Shown piece by piece: positions 32,809 to 42,796 of a DNA stretch of 64,000 nt. This stretch comes from Terriglobia bacterium. GTDB lineage: Bacteria > Acidobacteriota > Terriglobia > Bryobacterales > Bryobacteraceae. Both the position numbers and the translations under genes were made by a program. The DNA lies in contig CAVYDZ010000004.1 in assembly GCA_963767485.1 (NCBI GenBank), forward strand, positions 109,744 to 173,743, read 5' to 3'. The notes beneath the pieces were generated by a model. It saw nothing but the letters and a program-made list of their open reading frames with translations, was not told the DNA's origin and did no database searches. How positions within the stretch are numbered: position 1 is the first letter of the stretch; each line of letters opens with the position of its first letter.

Positions 32809-33282
32809 CTACACCTCCGCCTTTCCGGAACTCTGCCTGGCTGCCGCGTGAATGGCTTTCCGCACCCGCACATACGTCCCGCAGCGGCATAGATTGCCGT
32901 TCATCGCCGTATCAATCTCTTCATCGGTTGGATGCGGATGTTCTTTCAACAGCGCCGCTGCCGACATGATCTGCCCGGCCTGGCAATACCCGCATTGCGG
33001 CACATCCATTTCCTGCCATGCCACCTGCAGCGGATGATTACCATCTTTCGACAGCCCTTCGATGGTCGTAATCGCGGCCGTTGTGGCGTCGCCAACCGGA
33101 GTCAGACACGAGCGCACCGGGTGGCCCCCCAGATGTACTGTGCACGCCCCGCACTGCCCAATCCCACACCCATACTTCGTTCCATGCAGATTCAGTACAT
33201 CTCGCAGGACCCATAGTAATGGCGTGTCCGGTTCTACATTCACGGTCCGCGCCTGCCCGTTCACCGTCAGCTTGTAAGTCAT
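32809..33282 (-). CDS. (2Fe-2S)-binding small subunit of the molybdoenzyme (IorA / CoxS-like)
   Basis: Contains [14 protein letters not shown] and [16 protein letters not shown]...NLCRCGTY, the two classical [2Fe-2S] cysteine clusters. Confidence 0.9.
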   Translation of the reverse strand: MTYKLTVNGQARTVNVEPDTPLLWVLRDVLNLHGTKYGCGIGQCGACTVHLGGHPVRSCLTPVGDATTAAITTIEGLSKDGNHPLQVAWQEMDVPQCGYCQAGQIMSAAALLKEHPHPTDEEIDTAMNGNLCRCGTYVRVRKAIHAAARQSSGKAEV

Positions 33283-33312
33283 CGGAGCTCCAGCTTTAAC
33301 AATAACTCCTTC

Positions 33313-34215
33313 TTATGGCTCCAGCACGACCTTCCCGGCCGCGCCCTTCTCGGCAAACGTCTGCGCCTCGCCCGCATCTTTCAGCTTGAAGCGCTTCGTG
33401 ATCGGAATCGTCAACTCGCCTGCCGCCACCGCGCGCGCCATCTGCGATAGGCGGTCCGCATCCGGCTGAGCCATGAACGCTTCCACGTGAATGTCTTTAC
33501 CCTCCGCGGCTTTCGGCGGCCCCAACACCGATCCCAAAATCCCGCCCTTTTTCAACTTCGGGATCAGCTTTCCAATGGTCTCGCCGCCTACCGTATCCCC
33601 AATCGCATCCAGTTCCGGCAGAGCTTCGATTTCCCGCTCATCGTCAATCGCCACTACTCCGCTCGCACCGAGGGATTCCGCTTCTTTCTTTTGATGGGCG
33701 CGCACGCCCGCCAATACCTGCGCACCGTAATGCTTGGCGAGAAATACAGCAGACCTCCCGACACTCCCCAGCGCGCCCGTAACCAAAATCTTCTGCCCGG
33801 CCTTCGGATTTAAATGCTCGATCAACTGCGCACCTGTGGTAACCACAAGCGGCAGCGCACCCGCGTCTTCCACCGCCAGCCCTTCCGGCAGAATCGCCAG
33901 TTCATCCGCGCTCGCCACCACGAACTCGGCATACGTGTACGGCACGTAACCCAGTACGCGCTGCCCCTTCTCAAAGCCCGTCGAGCCCGGGCCGCTTTTC
34001 ACGACCTCGCCCGCCATGTCCCGTCCCAAAATATACGGAAATTCGACCGGGAAGAGCTGCTGCGCCGCGCCGCTGCGCATTTTCCAGTCGATCGGATTTA
34101 CGCTTGCCGAAATGATTCTGACCAGCACTTCTCCCTCGCCCGGCTCAGGTGTTGGAACTTCTTCGTAGCGCAGTTGATCCACTCCGCCGTAGCCATGCAA
34201 CGTGACTGCTTTCAT
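33313..34215 (-). CDS. NADPH:quinone reductase / zinc-type alcohol dehydrogenase superfamily (MDR)
   Basis: Contains MKAVTLHGYGGVDQLRYEEVPTPEPGEGEVLVRIISASVNPIDWKMR and LVTGALGSVGRSAV. An alternative upstream ATG is at 34248. Confidence 0.8.
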   Translation of the reverse strand: MKAVTLHGYGGVDQLRYEEVPTPEPGEGEVLVRIISASVNPIDWKMRSGAAQQLFPVEFPYILGRDMAGEVVKSGPGSTGFEKGQRVLGYVPYTYAEFVVASADELAILPEGLAVEDAGALPLVVTTGAQLIEHLNPKAGQKILVTGALGSVGRSAVFLAKHYGAQVLAGVRAHQKKEAESLGASGVVAIDDEREIEALPELDAIGDTVGGETIGKLIPKLKKGGILGSVLGPPKAAEGKDIHVEAFMAQPDADRLSQMARAVAAGELTIPITKRFKLKDAGEAQTFAEKGAAGKVVLEP

Positions 34216-34355
34216 GCGTTTCTGCTTCTCCTCTTTGTGAGGATGCACAATCCCGTCTTAAGTGTTCAAATTCCAGATATCGTGAGTGAGTCCGAGACTC
34301 CGACAGGAGTTCCTAAGCTCGAATTGAAGGCGTGGACAGTCGCAAGCCGCGCTTG

Positions 34356-34811
34356 TTAGCGCGACGGCTGTTGAGCTACGAACGGATTACGAATGCGAAC
34401 CCCTCTCACGAGTTGCCCATGATTCAGGTCCTCGGTCCAGAGGACGGAACATCCGAGTTCCGCGGCCGCCTGGACCACCATCGCGTCCCAGAAATTCACT
34501 TGTGCCTGTTTCTGCAATGCTATGGCGGCAAGCACATCCTCTGCTGTTGGAGCAAATATTTTCCAGGTTGCGAACTCTCGGATCCGTTCGCCAGCTTCGT
34601 CTACCGCAAGAGGTCGCGCAACCTTTCGGGTCGCGGTGACAAAAAACTCTTGGAGCACCTGCACGCTCAGGCATCCAGTCCCGGATCCCCAAAGTCGCTC
34701 CAGCAGTTGTTGTGAGCTCTTCTGCTTAGCTTGGGCTGAAGCGTCGAACGCATATACCAGGACATTTGCATCGACGAATTCCAGGCCCGCTTCAGCGCTC
34801 ATGGAGGTCAT
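34356..34811 (-). CDS. vapC: PIN-domain ribonuclease toxin (VapC-like)
   Basis: Contains FVDANVLVYAFD (first acidic residue) and LWTEDLNHGQ (C-terminal acidic residue). The start overlaps the end of the upstream antitoxin; alternative ATGs are at 34802 and 34910. Confidence 0.7.
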   Translation of the reverse strand: MTSMSAEAGLEFVDANVLVYAFDASAQAKQKSSQQLLERLWGSGTGCLSVQVLQEFFVTATRKVARPLAVDEAGERIREFATWKIFAPTAEDVLAAIALQKQAQVNFWDAMVVQAAAELGCSVLWTEDLNHGQLVRGVRIRNPFVAQQPSR

Positions 34812-35037
34812 CGCGCGACCAGGTGCGGCTTCCTCCCGTACCCAGCGAGCGCAGGGACCGCATCGCGGCCAGAGATCGGTTGCGCGCGGCCGAGTACCGC
34901 CGGGCTTCATTCGCCAACCGAGTGAGCGCGTCAGTCATAAGCGCGGAAACCGATGTCTCGTTATCAGCCGCAAGCCGCTTGATGCGCTTCAAGAGTTCGC
35001 GGGGCAAGCTCAGCGTCACATTTTGAGTTTCGACCAC
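34792..35037 (-). CDS. Ribbon-helix-helix antitoxin (VapB/CopG-like)
   Basis: 81 aa. N-terminal NVTLSLPRELLKRIKRLAADNETSVSALMTDAL matches the RHH beta-alpha-alpha pattern. Overlaps the PIN gene. Confidence 0.65.
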   Translation of the reverse strand: MVETQNVTLSLPRELLKRIKRLAADNETSVSALMTDALTRLANEARRYSAARNRSLAAMRSLRSLGTGGSRTWSRDDLHER

Positions 35038-35138
35038 GAGAAAGAGTGTAGCACGTAAAGTCGTGGAAGCCGATCAAAGCTTGTCGGAAACTCGATACGC
35101 TCATCCTCATTCAGCATCGGCGACCCGGGCTTCTCCCG

Positions 35139-35709
35139 TTAAGCCCTGCGCGATCCCGAATCCTTCTGCAGCAAACTCTGATTTGCTACCGGGCGCAGCG
35201 TACCCAAGAAACCGTCGATCGGAACTGGCCTGCCATCGTCGTGCTCGACCCCAAATGACGATCCATAGCGGATGAAGAGGCCATTGTTGTTCACTGGCTT
35301 GAGCCAGAATCCCTGGGTCAGTGCTCCCGGGATGCGCAGAAGCCGCAACTCATGCGGCGTGCTCTGCGCCTGCGGCACACGGGAGGCCGCCTGCGCGGCC
35401 TCTAACGCCTTCTTCGCCGCATCGCCGGTAATCAGGCCCGTCACAGTTGCTGGAGAGGTCTCGCTGACATCGCCCGCCACCACTTCGCCCGTCGCCTCCC
35501 CGGCAAAATAGCGCCAGCCCACCAACCGCGCCAGGTCCTCTAGCTTTGGATCCTGGCGTTACGTCTGAGAGCCGCAGAACATAAATCGGCTGCGGGTTTG
35601 GATTGATGACCAGCCCGGCGTGCACGCGCCCCAGTTGGACGAGATGCTGCAGACCCGCCTCGAAGGCACTCTGCCGCTCGGGAGAAGAATCAGAAAGAAC
35701 GATTGGCAT
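35139..35709 (-). pseudogene. Uncharacterised protein of about 190 aa (partner of the papain-like peptidase), with a frameshift near 35555-35572
   Basis: ORF 35350-35709 is plausible up to ...PIYVLRLSDV. ORF 35139-35525 extended upstream reads (stop)RQDPKLEDLARLVGWRYFAGEATGEVV.... The downstream frame is +1 relative to the upstream frame. No domain recognised. Confidence 0.45.
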
Positions 35710-35718
35710 GACGGCCTC

Positions 35719-36226
35719 CTACGGCTGACCTACTAAATACGTGTCGCTCCACTGTCCTGCCTCGAGATACGCAGCCACGAATTGGTCGTATGGAACGGTC
35801 GAATCCTCGTAGTAGGGGTCGGCGACATCGACCCATTCCTCGCCCGATTGCGACACGGAGTAACCGCTGAGCATTACGAAATGGCCGTTCTGCTCCCCGA
35901 ACCACTGGATTCTCACGCATACGGGCACGCTGGAATCGATCTGTTGCCGCACGGCCGCGAACGGCAGAGTTTGCCCGGGCAGCGCCTGGTTGTTGAGTGC
36001 TTTGCCGACCAGCGTATTGACGGCGCCTAGAGCAGTTTCGAGCGCCGAAGGTTGATCACAGCCCGCGATGGCACCATTGCAACAGTCGAGGCCCAACACA
36101 CTCTTCGCGATCGCGCATTGCGTCTAACGTCTGAGGGGAGAAGAAATAGCCCGAGACGGTCGCGGCCACCGCCGCCCAGCACCAGTTGAGTTTTTCTTGT
36201 GTTTCGATTTCGAAATTATTCGCCAT
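35719..36226 (-). pseudogene. Papain-like cysteine peptidase (C70/C39-like small peptidase), with a frameshift at about 36120-36130
   Basis: From ATG 36226 (RBS AAGGTGA): MANNFEIETQEKLNWCWAAVAATVSGYFFSPQT, which carries a Cys-Trp catalytic-type motif. In the +1 frame it continues TQCAIAKSVLGLDCCNGAIAGCDQP...NGHFVMLSGY...DVADPYY. Family assignment is from memory of motif patterns. Confidence 0.55.
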
Positions 36227-36451
36227 GGCTCACCTTCGGTTCGCCATATCGTCGTCGTGGTGGTGAGGCGGGCAGAGGAAGATGAACGGACCGATGATCG
36301 TAATGGGCGCTGACCCTGCTTCGACGGGACCGCCGCCGGGACTTACTTGGGATTACTGACTGGACGGCGCTCCCGCCCTTTCCAGATGCCGAAGGTTAGC
36401 TCCGTCGCCGGACGGTGAGCGGCGGCATTTGCCGCTTTGCCTGCTGCTGCC

Positions 36452-39216
36452 TCATGTGTTCTTCAAAGAATTTTGTTCAACTGCACCCTGCCCCTTGATC
36501 GGCGGCGCTTGAGAGCCTGCATCTACGCGCTGCGTTATGGTCAGACCATCTTTTTCAAATTTAACGCTGTACTCTACCGTCACGTGATTCCTTTCATTTC
36601 CCGAATGAGATGACAACAACTGTATGAAGCGAGGATCCCGGTGTAAGTCCGCCACATCGGGCCAGCGACCTAGGTCCGCGATAACTCCCGCCGGTGACGT
36701 AGCCAGCACCGAAAGAGTATCGTCCCGACGATTCAATGCCTCGTACGTTAGGGCGGCTACCGAAAACGGTCCCTGCATCGTCTGGTGCTGCTGCAATGCT
36801 TGCACCAGTTCAGATTCTGCCCTTTGTCGGTCTCCAATTCTAGCGCTCATATAAGCCAAGTAAGCTCTGACATTCCCGTTGCGTGGGTTTCTCGCGATTT
36901 CGGCTTCGGCGAACTCCAGCCCGCGACGGTAGGCCCGTATGAGACTCGGGAATCAGACCCATCTGACGGTAAGCGGTTCCTAGATTCATCCACGGCAGAT
37001 ATCGGTCTGGCCCGAACTTTAAAACCCGCAGAAGATAAGGAATGGCATCTCGATCTCTGCCCTTCGTACATCAGCACAACGCCCAAGCTGTTTATCGCTA
37101 TGGGGTTCTCACTCAGCTTGATGGAGGCTCGGAGCTCCGTTTCAGCTGACGCAAACTGCCCGGAATACAGGTAAGCCACTCCGAGGCCGTATAGTGTTAG
37201 TGGCTCATTAGGCGCGAGTTCGACTGCGCGTTGAAAATACGGGATTGCTTCTTGATATCTGGCCCGTTGATAAAAAAAGCTTCCTAGATCTCTGAAATTC
37301 CTATACTGCTGCGGGCCGAGTTTTGATTGCTTTGCGAAAAGCACTTAGCGCTTGCTCAAGCTGATTGTTGTCTTCGTATGCTTCCCCGAGCCGCCGGTAT
37401 GCGTCATCATTCTTCGGATCCAACTCAATTGCCCGTTGGTATTCCTGAATCGCTTGCTCATACCATCCCGAAGAAGCTTTCACTAACCCCGCAATGCGAT
37501 GCACTTCCGGCAAATCCGGATCCCGTTTTTCCGCCTCCTGCACGGATGCCGTCGCCCGATCCAACCATTCCTTATCGCCCGTCATCCCGCTCTTGAGCCG
37601 CTGCGCTTCCGCTAGGCCTGCCCAGGTAAGCGCCGAATCGCGATCTTCCGCTTCCGCTTTCTGAAAAGACTTCAGCGCCGCATCCACAGTCCCATCGCGC
37701 CGCATCGCCGCCAGCCCAGCCAGATAATCCTTCCGAGCCGCGGCATTCACGCTCGCTCCCCCAGTGGGCGCAGGCAAATGCAGCGTCTCCGTCACCAGCC
37801 CCGCCAGAGCTGTCGGTGCATACCGCAACTCATCCGCTTTATACTCCGCCGACCATTCCCGCGCATCCACGCCGGACCGCAAATCCGTCAAATACGCATG
37901 CACCGTGAAGCCATTTGCTCCGTGTTGTTCCACCGTGGCCCGCAGCGCATGGCTCGCCTCCACCAAGACCCGCGCTTCCTCCGGCGTGTGAACGCGGTTG
38001 CGAATCACTTTATCCAAAGCGATAAACCGAAAGCTGGTATGCGCCGTGCTCTTCAGGCGCTTGAGCTCATTCGCTGCGTTCCGCAGCAGCGGTCCGGTGA
38101 CGGAGGCGTTCTCGGGAGCCGGCACGAACGGCACTAGCGCCAACCGAACCCGTTCTGGCGGGGCCGTGGCACGCTCGTAAGTAATTACGCCGGATCCCGC
38201 CGCCAAAGCCACCGTGGCGGCCGCCACTAAAGACCACTTGACCAGCTGCGACGGCCCCAATGCCCTGGCAACTTCCGCCGCGCTCTGAAACCGGCGCGCC
38301 GGGTCGGGATCGATGCAGTGCGCGATCATCCGGTCCCACTTGCCGCGGCCGGTCGGCGGCTTCCAACTGACGTGCTCTCCGATAAGCAGCGTCGAAGAAG
38401 CTACTCCCAAGTCCGCTCGGAGCAAGGCCAGAACGAAGCTCCCAGAGGATCACCCCGAGCGCGTAGATATCGGAAGCCACCGAAGGCTTGTCGCCTTTCC
38501 ATAATTCGGGCGCCATGTAGGCAGGCGTCCCGCCGAGTACGCCTAAAGCCGCGTCTGTCTTTCGAGCCAAGCCGAAATCCGTGATGACCGCCCGCACCGA
38601 ACCCTGCGAGTCCGCCGTCAGAATCACGTTCGTGCGGCTTCAGGTCGCCATGAATCAAATGATTGCGGTGCGCCTCCGCTAGCCCCGAACAAAGCTGTTG
38701 CGCGATCGCGCGCGCCTCGCTCTCGGGCAGCGGCCCGCGCCGCAGCCGCTCGGCCAGCGTCTCGCCCTCGAGAAACTCCATGCTGATGAAGTCGATCTCG
38801 CCGTCTACCGTCGCCGCCGTGTGGATCTCGAAGATCTTGCATACGTTCGGATGGCTGATCTCGCGCGCATTCCGCACCTCCGGCGGAAGCTGCTTTCCAA
38901 ACCCTTCCTTGGCGCACTTCAGCGCCACGCGCCGGTCGAGCTTCTGATCGATGGCTTCCCAAACGATGCCCATCCCGCCGCGCGCCACTTCGCGGACCAC
39001 TCGAAAGCGATTAATCAGGATCTGCCCCGCCTCGAACGGCGGCCTGTCTTCGCCCGCGGCCCGTACCGGATCGAGCAGAAAGCCTTGCATCCGCTTCTCC
39101 CACTGCACATAGCTCCACGCTTCCGCAAACAAGGCTGCGTTCGAACCGCAAGCACTTCGCAGATACGCTTCGCGCTCGCTCTCGGGACGGCCGAGCGCCT
39201 CTTCTACCAGCGTCAT
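36452..39216 (-). pseudogene. Ser/Thr protein kinase with a C-terminal TM and TPR domain, broken by at least 5 frameshifts
   Basis: The kinase motifs are spread over three frames: GGMGIVWEA...VALKC, HGDLKP | NVILTAD...ITDFGLARK...GTPAYMAPE | ...CIDPDPARRF. The TPR repeats are spread over three more ORFs (37301-38425, 36847-37344, 36452-36859, plus an unlisted frame reading YEGRDRDAIPYLLRVLKFGPDRYLPWMNLGTAYRQMG). Junctions lie at about 38630, 38400-38440, 37318-37322, 37058 and 36950. Confidence 0.8.
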
Positions 39217-39226
39217 CGCACGATCG

Positions 39227-39808
39227 TTAGCTCGAGATCTGTTTTCCATTCGCCGCCGACTCCATGCGTTCGTACAGCCACCGCCGGGCATCCCGCCACA
39301 TCCGTTGCATGCTGCGCAATTTTATGCCAAGCACGTCGGAGGCCTCTTCGTCCGTCAAGCCCAGAAAGAATTTGAGCTCGACCAACTTGCACCAGTCGGG
39401 ATTTTCTTTTTCGAGCTGCTCCAGCAGCAAGCCCAGCGCGATCGCCGCATCCACTTTCGCGCTGCCGGCTGGCAGGATCGGCTCCAACTTTTCGAGCCCG
39501 ATGAAGTCCACATCGGGCCGCGCCCGCGCCTGGTCAATCAAATATCTCCGCATAGCTCTACCTGCTATAGCGAAAAAATGCTGCCGGTTCTGCCAATCTC
39601 GATCTTTGGCAGCGACCAGCCGCATATAAATCTGATCTACCAGCTCGGTTGTTTGCAGGGGCTGGTCTTTTCGCTCGCCTTTCAGACGGAGACGCGCCAG
39701 CTTCCGCAGGTCTCCATAGACCCGCTCAAACAGCTCGTTTTCTGCTTCAGGGTTTCCTTCACGCCATTCGCGCAGCAATTGCGTGATGTCCCCCGCCTCG
39801 TCCGGCAT
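39227..39808 (-). CDS. ECF sigma factor of the kinase-associated type (TIGR02999-like N-terminus)
   Basis: Contains MPDEAGDITQLLREWREGNPEAENELFERVYGDLRKLARLRL...LVDQIYMRLV and region 4 LVELKFFLGLTDEEASDVLGIKLRSMQRMWRDARRWL. Intact, and lies directly upstream of the kinase. Confidence 0.8.
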   Translation of the reverse strand: MPDEAGDITQLLREWREGNPEAENELFERVYGDLRKLARLRLKGERKDQPLQTTELVDQIYMRLVAAKDRDWQNRQHFFAIAGRAMRRYLIDQARARPDVDFIGLEKLEPILPAGSAKVDAAIALGLLLEQLEKENPDWCKLVELKFFLGLTDEEASDVLGIKLRSMQRMWRDARRWLYERMESAANGKQISS

Positions 39809-39964
39809 GCGCCCGCCTAATGGCTCAATACTATAGCACGCCGCCCTTTGCAAATTCGTGCCCACTCTGGCGGACTATTCCCGAAACCATCGCTCTTTTT
39901 GGTGAAGCGAAATTGCCCAGTTCCCTCGGGGAGCCTGACAAGCGCCTCAATCCAGGAGGATTCC

Positions 39965-40378
39965 ATGAAACTTAATCTGTTTTCAATCGTATTTGCGGCG
40001 GCCACTCTATGCCCGTCCGGATATGCGTTCACCCTTCAGGCCCGCGCCGATGTTCCCTTTGCATTCCACGTTGGAGACACCGCTTTGCCGGCCGGAGACT
40101 ACCAGATCAGCGAAGCGAGAGGCTTACTCAACTTCCGCCAAACCAAGGGTAAGCTCAATATCTTCCACCTCGTTACGCCGGCATCGCGTCCGGGCACCAC
40201 TCCCGACGCAAAACTAAAATTCACTCGCTACGGCGATGAATACTATCTCACCAACCTCTGGAACGCTGGCTCCAAGGAAGGTCTGGCAGTTCCGCCCAGC
40301 AAGGGCCAGAAGGCACTCGCCATGCGCTCCAGGACTTTCAAGGCGGCCGCTATCTCTCTGCAGCCGGCTTCTCACTAA
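39965..40378 (+). CDS. Hypothetical secreted protein
   Basis: RBS ggagga. Signal peptide MKLNLFSIVFAAATLCPSGYAF. No domain recognised. Confidence 0.5.
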   Translation: MKLNLFSIVFAAATLCPSGYAFTLQARADVPFAFHVGDTALPAGDYQISEARGLLNFRQTKGKLNIFHLVTPASRPGTTPDAKLKFTRYGDEYYLTNLWNAGSKEGLAVPPSKGQKALAMRSRTFKAAAISLQPASH

Positions 40379-40448
40379 CGGGCGCTCTCAAGGCGCGCCA
40401 CGATTTTCGCGGCGCGCCTTGACTTACTATCATGGACTCATTCGTCCG

Positions 40449-41567
40449 ATGAGTCGCCTATCCCTCTCCCTTCTTCTCCTGCTTTCGTCCCCGCTTGCTG
40501 CCCATTCCAAGCAGTCGAAAGCGATCATCGCCTACGTCTTCGCCAAAGACGCCGCACTCGCACCTACCGACATTGACGCCGAAGAACTCACTCGCATCAA
40601 TTACGCGTTCGCCAATATCGAAAACGGTGAAATCGTGGAAGGCTTCGCGCACGATACTGAAAATTTCGCCACGCTTGTCGGTCTCAAGTCCCGTAACCCG
40701 CAGCTTAAAATTTTGATCTCGGTAGGCGGCTGGACCTGGTCCGGCCGCTTCTCGGATATGACCCTCACTGCCCAAAGCCGCCGGAAATTCATCGACAGCG
40801 CCATGCTGTTTCTTGAAAAATACAATCTCGACGGCATCGATATCGACTGGGAATATCCGGGCCTTCCCGGCAACGGAAACATCAACCGCCCGCAAGATAA
40901 GCAGCATTACACCGCTTTCTTGAAGGAGTTGCGCCATCGCCTAAATCAGGAGCAGCGTAAACTCGGCCGGCCGCTCTTCTCCTCTGTTGCCACTGGCGCC
41001 AATCGCAACTTCCTCGATCACACCGAAATGAATAAAGTGCAGCGCTACGTGAATACAGTCAACCTGATGTGCTACGACTACTACGAGCCTTCCTCCGATC
41101 GCATCACTGGAAATCACGCGCCGCTCTTCACCGATCCGCACGATCCCAAAACCGTCTCGGTCGACGCCTCCGTCAAAGCATATTTGCAAGCCGGCGTTCC
41201 CGCGAAGAAGATCGTGTTAGGCGTCCCTTTTTACGGCCATGCGTGGAATGATGTAAACGACATCGATCACGGCCTGTTTCAGCCCGGCGGCGAAGCGCAC
41301 ATCGAAGCCGATTACAAAGACATCGTGCAGTCGCTCTTGCCGAACGGCTACATCAGATATTGGGACAGCGCGGCGTCGGTGCCCTATCTCTATAACCCGT
41401 CTACGCATACCTTTGTCTCTTACGAAGACGTCCAATCCGTCACGCTAAAGTGCAGCTACGTTGTGAAACATAAACTGGGAGGCATCATGTTCTGGGACTA
41501 CTCCGGCGATCCCGATGGAGTCCTCTTGAAAGCCATCCACACCAGCCTGATAGCGGGGCCGCAATAG
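40449..41567 (+). CDS. Glycoside hydrolase family 18 (chitinase-like), secreted
   Basis: Signal peptide MSRLSLSLLLLLSSPLAAHS. Catalytic motif DGIDIDWEYPG. Other GH18 landmarks: ISVGGW and MCYDYY. Confidence 0.85.
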   Translation: MSRLSLSLLLLLSSPLAAHSKQSKAIIAYVFAKDAALAPTDIDAEELTRINYAFANIENGEIVEGFAHDTENFATLVGLKSRNPQLKILISVGGWTWSGRFSDMTLTAQSRRKFIDSAMLFLEKYNLDGIDIDWEYPGLPGNGNINRPQDKQHYTAFLKELRHRLNQEQRKLGRPLFSSVATGANRNFLDHTEMNKVQRYVNTVNLMCYDYYEPSSDRITGNHAPLFTDPHDPKTVSVDASVKAYLQAGVPAKKIVLGVPFYGHAWNDVNDIDHGLFQPGGEAHIEADYKDIVQSLLPNGYIRYWDSAASVPYLYNPSTHTFVSYEDVQSVTLKCSYVVKHKLGGIMFWDYSGDPDGVLLKAIHTSLIAGPQ

Positions 41568-42790
41568 TGTCCTTCACGCTTCCGCTCGCCTCGCCTACAC
41601 AGTCTTCGGTAAGCAGCTCGCGAATCGTTTCTATCGACGTCTTCCGCGGCCTCACCATGCTGCTCATGATATTCGTCAACGATCTCGCCAGCGTCAAAGG
41701 CCTGCCTTGGTGGAACTATCACATGCCTGCCAGGGACAATTTCATGACTTATGTCGACATGGTTTTTCCCGGCTTCCTGTTCATCGTCGGGATGGCCATC
41801 CCGATTGCCATTCGCCGCCGCCTGGCCAAAGAAAACTCTTTGCCAAGACTCTGGTTCCATGTCCTTACGCGCACGTTGAGCCTGGTCACTTTAGGCATTG
41901 CCCTCGCCAACGCCGAAAAAGGCGACCCGCATCTGATGCACCTAAATCAGGACACATGGCTGCTTCTCGTGCTCATCGGCGCCATCCTCTTCTGGAATAG
42001 CTATCCGCGCGCCAGCCGTTACCGCGCGCTCTTCAGCGTTATGAAAGTTGCCGGCCTGGTCCTGATGGCGGCCATGTTCCTTATCTTCCGCCGCACGACG
42101 CAATCTGGTCACATCGCCTGGCTTGACTTCTCTTATTGGGAAATCCTGGGTCTCATCGGCTGGACCTATTTGGCAATCTGCATCGTTTATATTCCTACTC
42201 GCCGTTGGAAGTGGGCGCCCTGGCTCTGGTTCGTCCTCTTCGCATTGCTCAACATCCTGTCCTCGGCCCACTGGATCGCCTTCTCCGAAGCGCTGCCGTT
42301 TTATGTCTGGCCTTTCAATACCGGCGCTTTCTGCCTGATTACGACCGCCGGTATTATTGTGTCGAGCATCTTCCTGACGCATGACTTCGCTTCCACCGTG
42401 CGCGCAAAAGCCGGCTGGGCATTCGGTTGTGCGGCCCTCTTCTTCCTCGCGGGCTGGCTGCTCACGCCATTAGGCATTTCAAAAATCCGCGCTACGCCCA
42501 CCTGGTGCCTGTATTGCGCCGGAGCCAGCACCCTGACCTTCCTTCTCCTCTATTGGATTTGCGATATCAAACGCCACACTGCGTGGGCCGCATTCGTCAA
42601 GCCCGCCGGTTCGAACACCCTGCTTACCTACCTGCTTCCCGACCTCTTCTACGTGGCCGTCGGTACGTCCTACCTCTCAGCTGCCTGGCAACAAGGCCTA
42701 CCCGGCGTAGTCAAAGCTCTCGTCTTTACCGCGCTGATGCTCGCCCTCGCCGCCCTGCTCACCCGCCTCAAGATCCGTCTTCAACTCTAA
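41567..42790 (+). CDS. Heparan-alpha-glucosaminide N-acetyltransferase-like membrane protein (DUF5009/DUF1624 acyltransferase)
   Basis: N-terminal RIVSIDVFRGLTMLLMIFVN motif, about 10 TM segments, and a GTG start overlapping the GH18 stop by 1 nt. Confidence 0.55.
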   Translation: MSFTLPLASPTQSSVSSSRIVSIDVFRGLTMLLMIFVNDLASVKGLPWWNYHMPARDNFMTYVDMVFPGFLFIVGMAIPIAIRRRLAKENSLPRLWFHVLTRTLSLVTLGIALANAEKGDPHLMHLNQDTWLLLVLIGAILFWNSYPRASRYRALFSVMKVAGLVLMAAMFLIFRRTTQSGHIAWLDFSYWEILGLIGWTYLAICIVYIPTRRWKWAPWLWFVLFALLNILSSAHWIAFSEALPFYVWPFNTGAFCLITTAGIIVSSIFLTHDFASTVRAKAGWAFGCAALFFLAGWLLTPLGISKIRATPTWCLYCAGASTLTFLLLYWICDIKRHTAWAAFVKPAGSNTLLTYLLPDLFYVAVGTSYLSAAWQQGLPGVVKALVFTALMLALAALLTRLKIRLQL

Positions 42791-42796
42791 AAGAAT

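Noticed and set aside
35555-36135. Programmed ribosomal frameshifting at the two CTCAGACGT sites
   Set aside because: There is no slippery heptamer. The stop codons lie in the downstream frame rather than the zero frame (unlike prfB-type +1 sites), and the zero frames read on for many codons.
36227-36451. Small precursor-peptide (RiPP/bacteriocin) ORF upstream of the papain-like peptidase
   Set aside because: The only hydrophobic reading frame (…ITIIGPFIFLCPPHHHDDDMANRR) has no start codon after its upstream stop. The only ATG ORF is 10 codons (MPPLTVRRRS), with no RBS.
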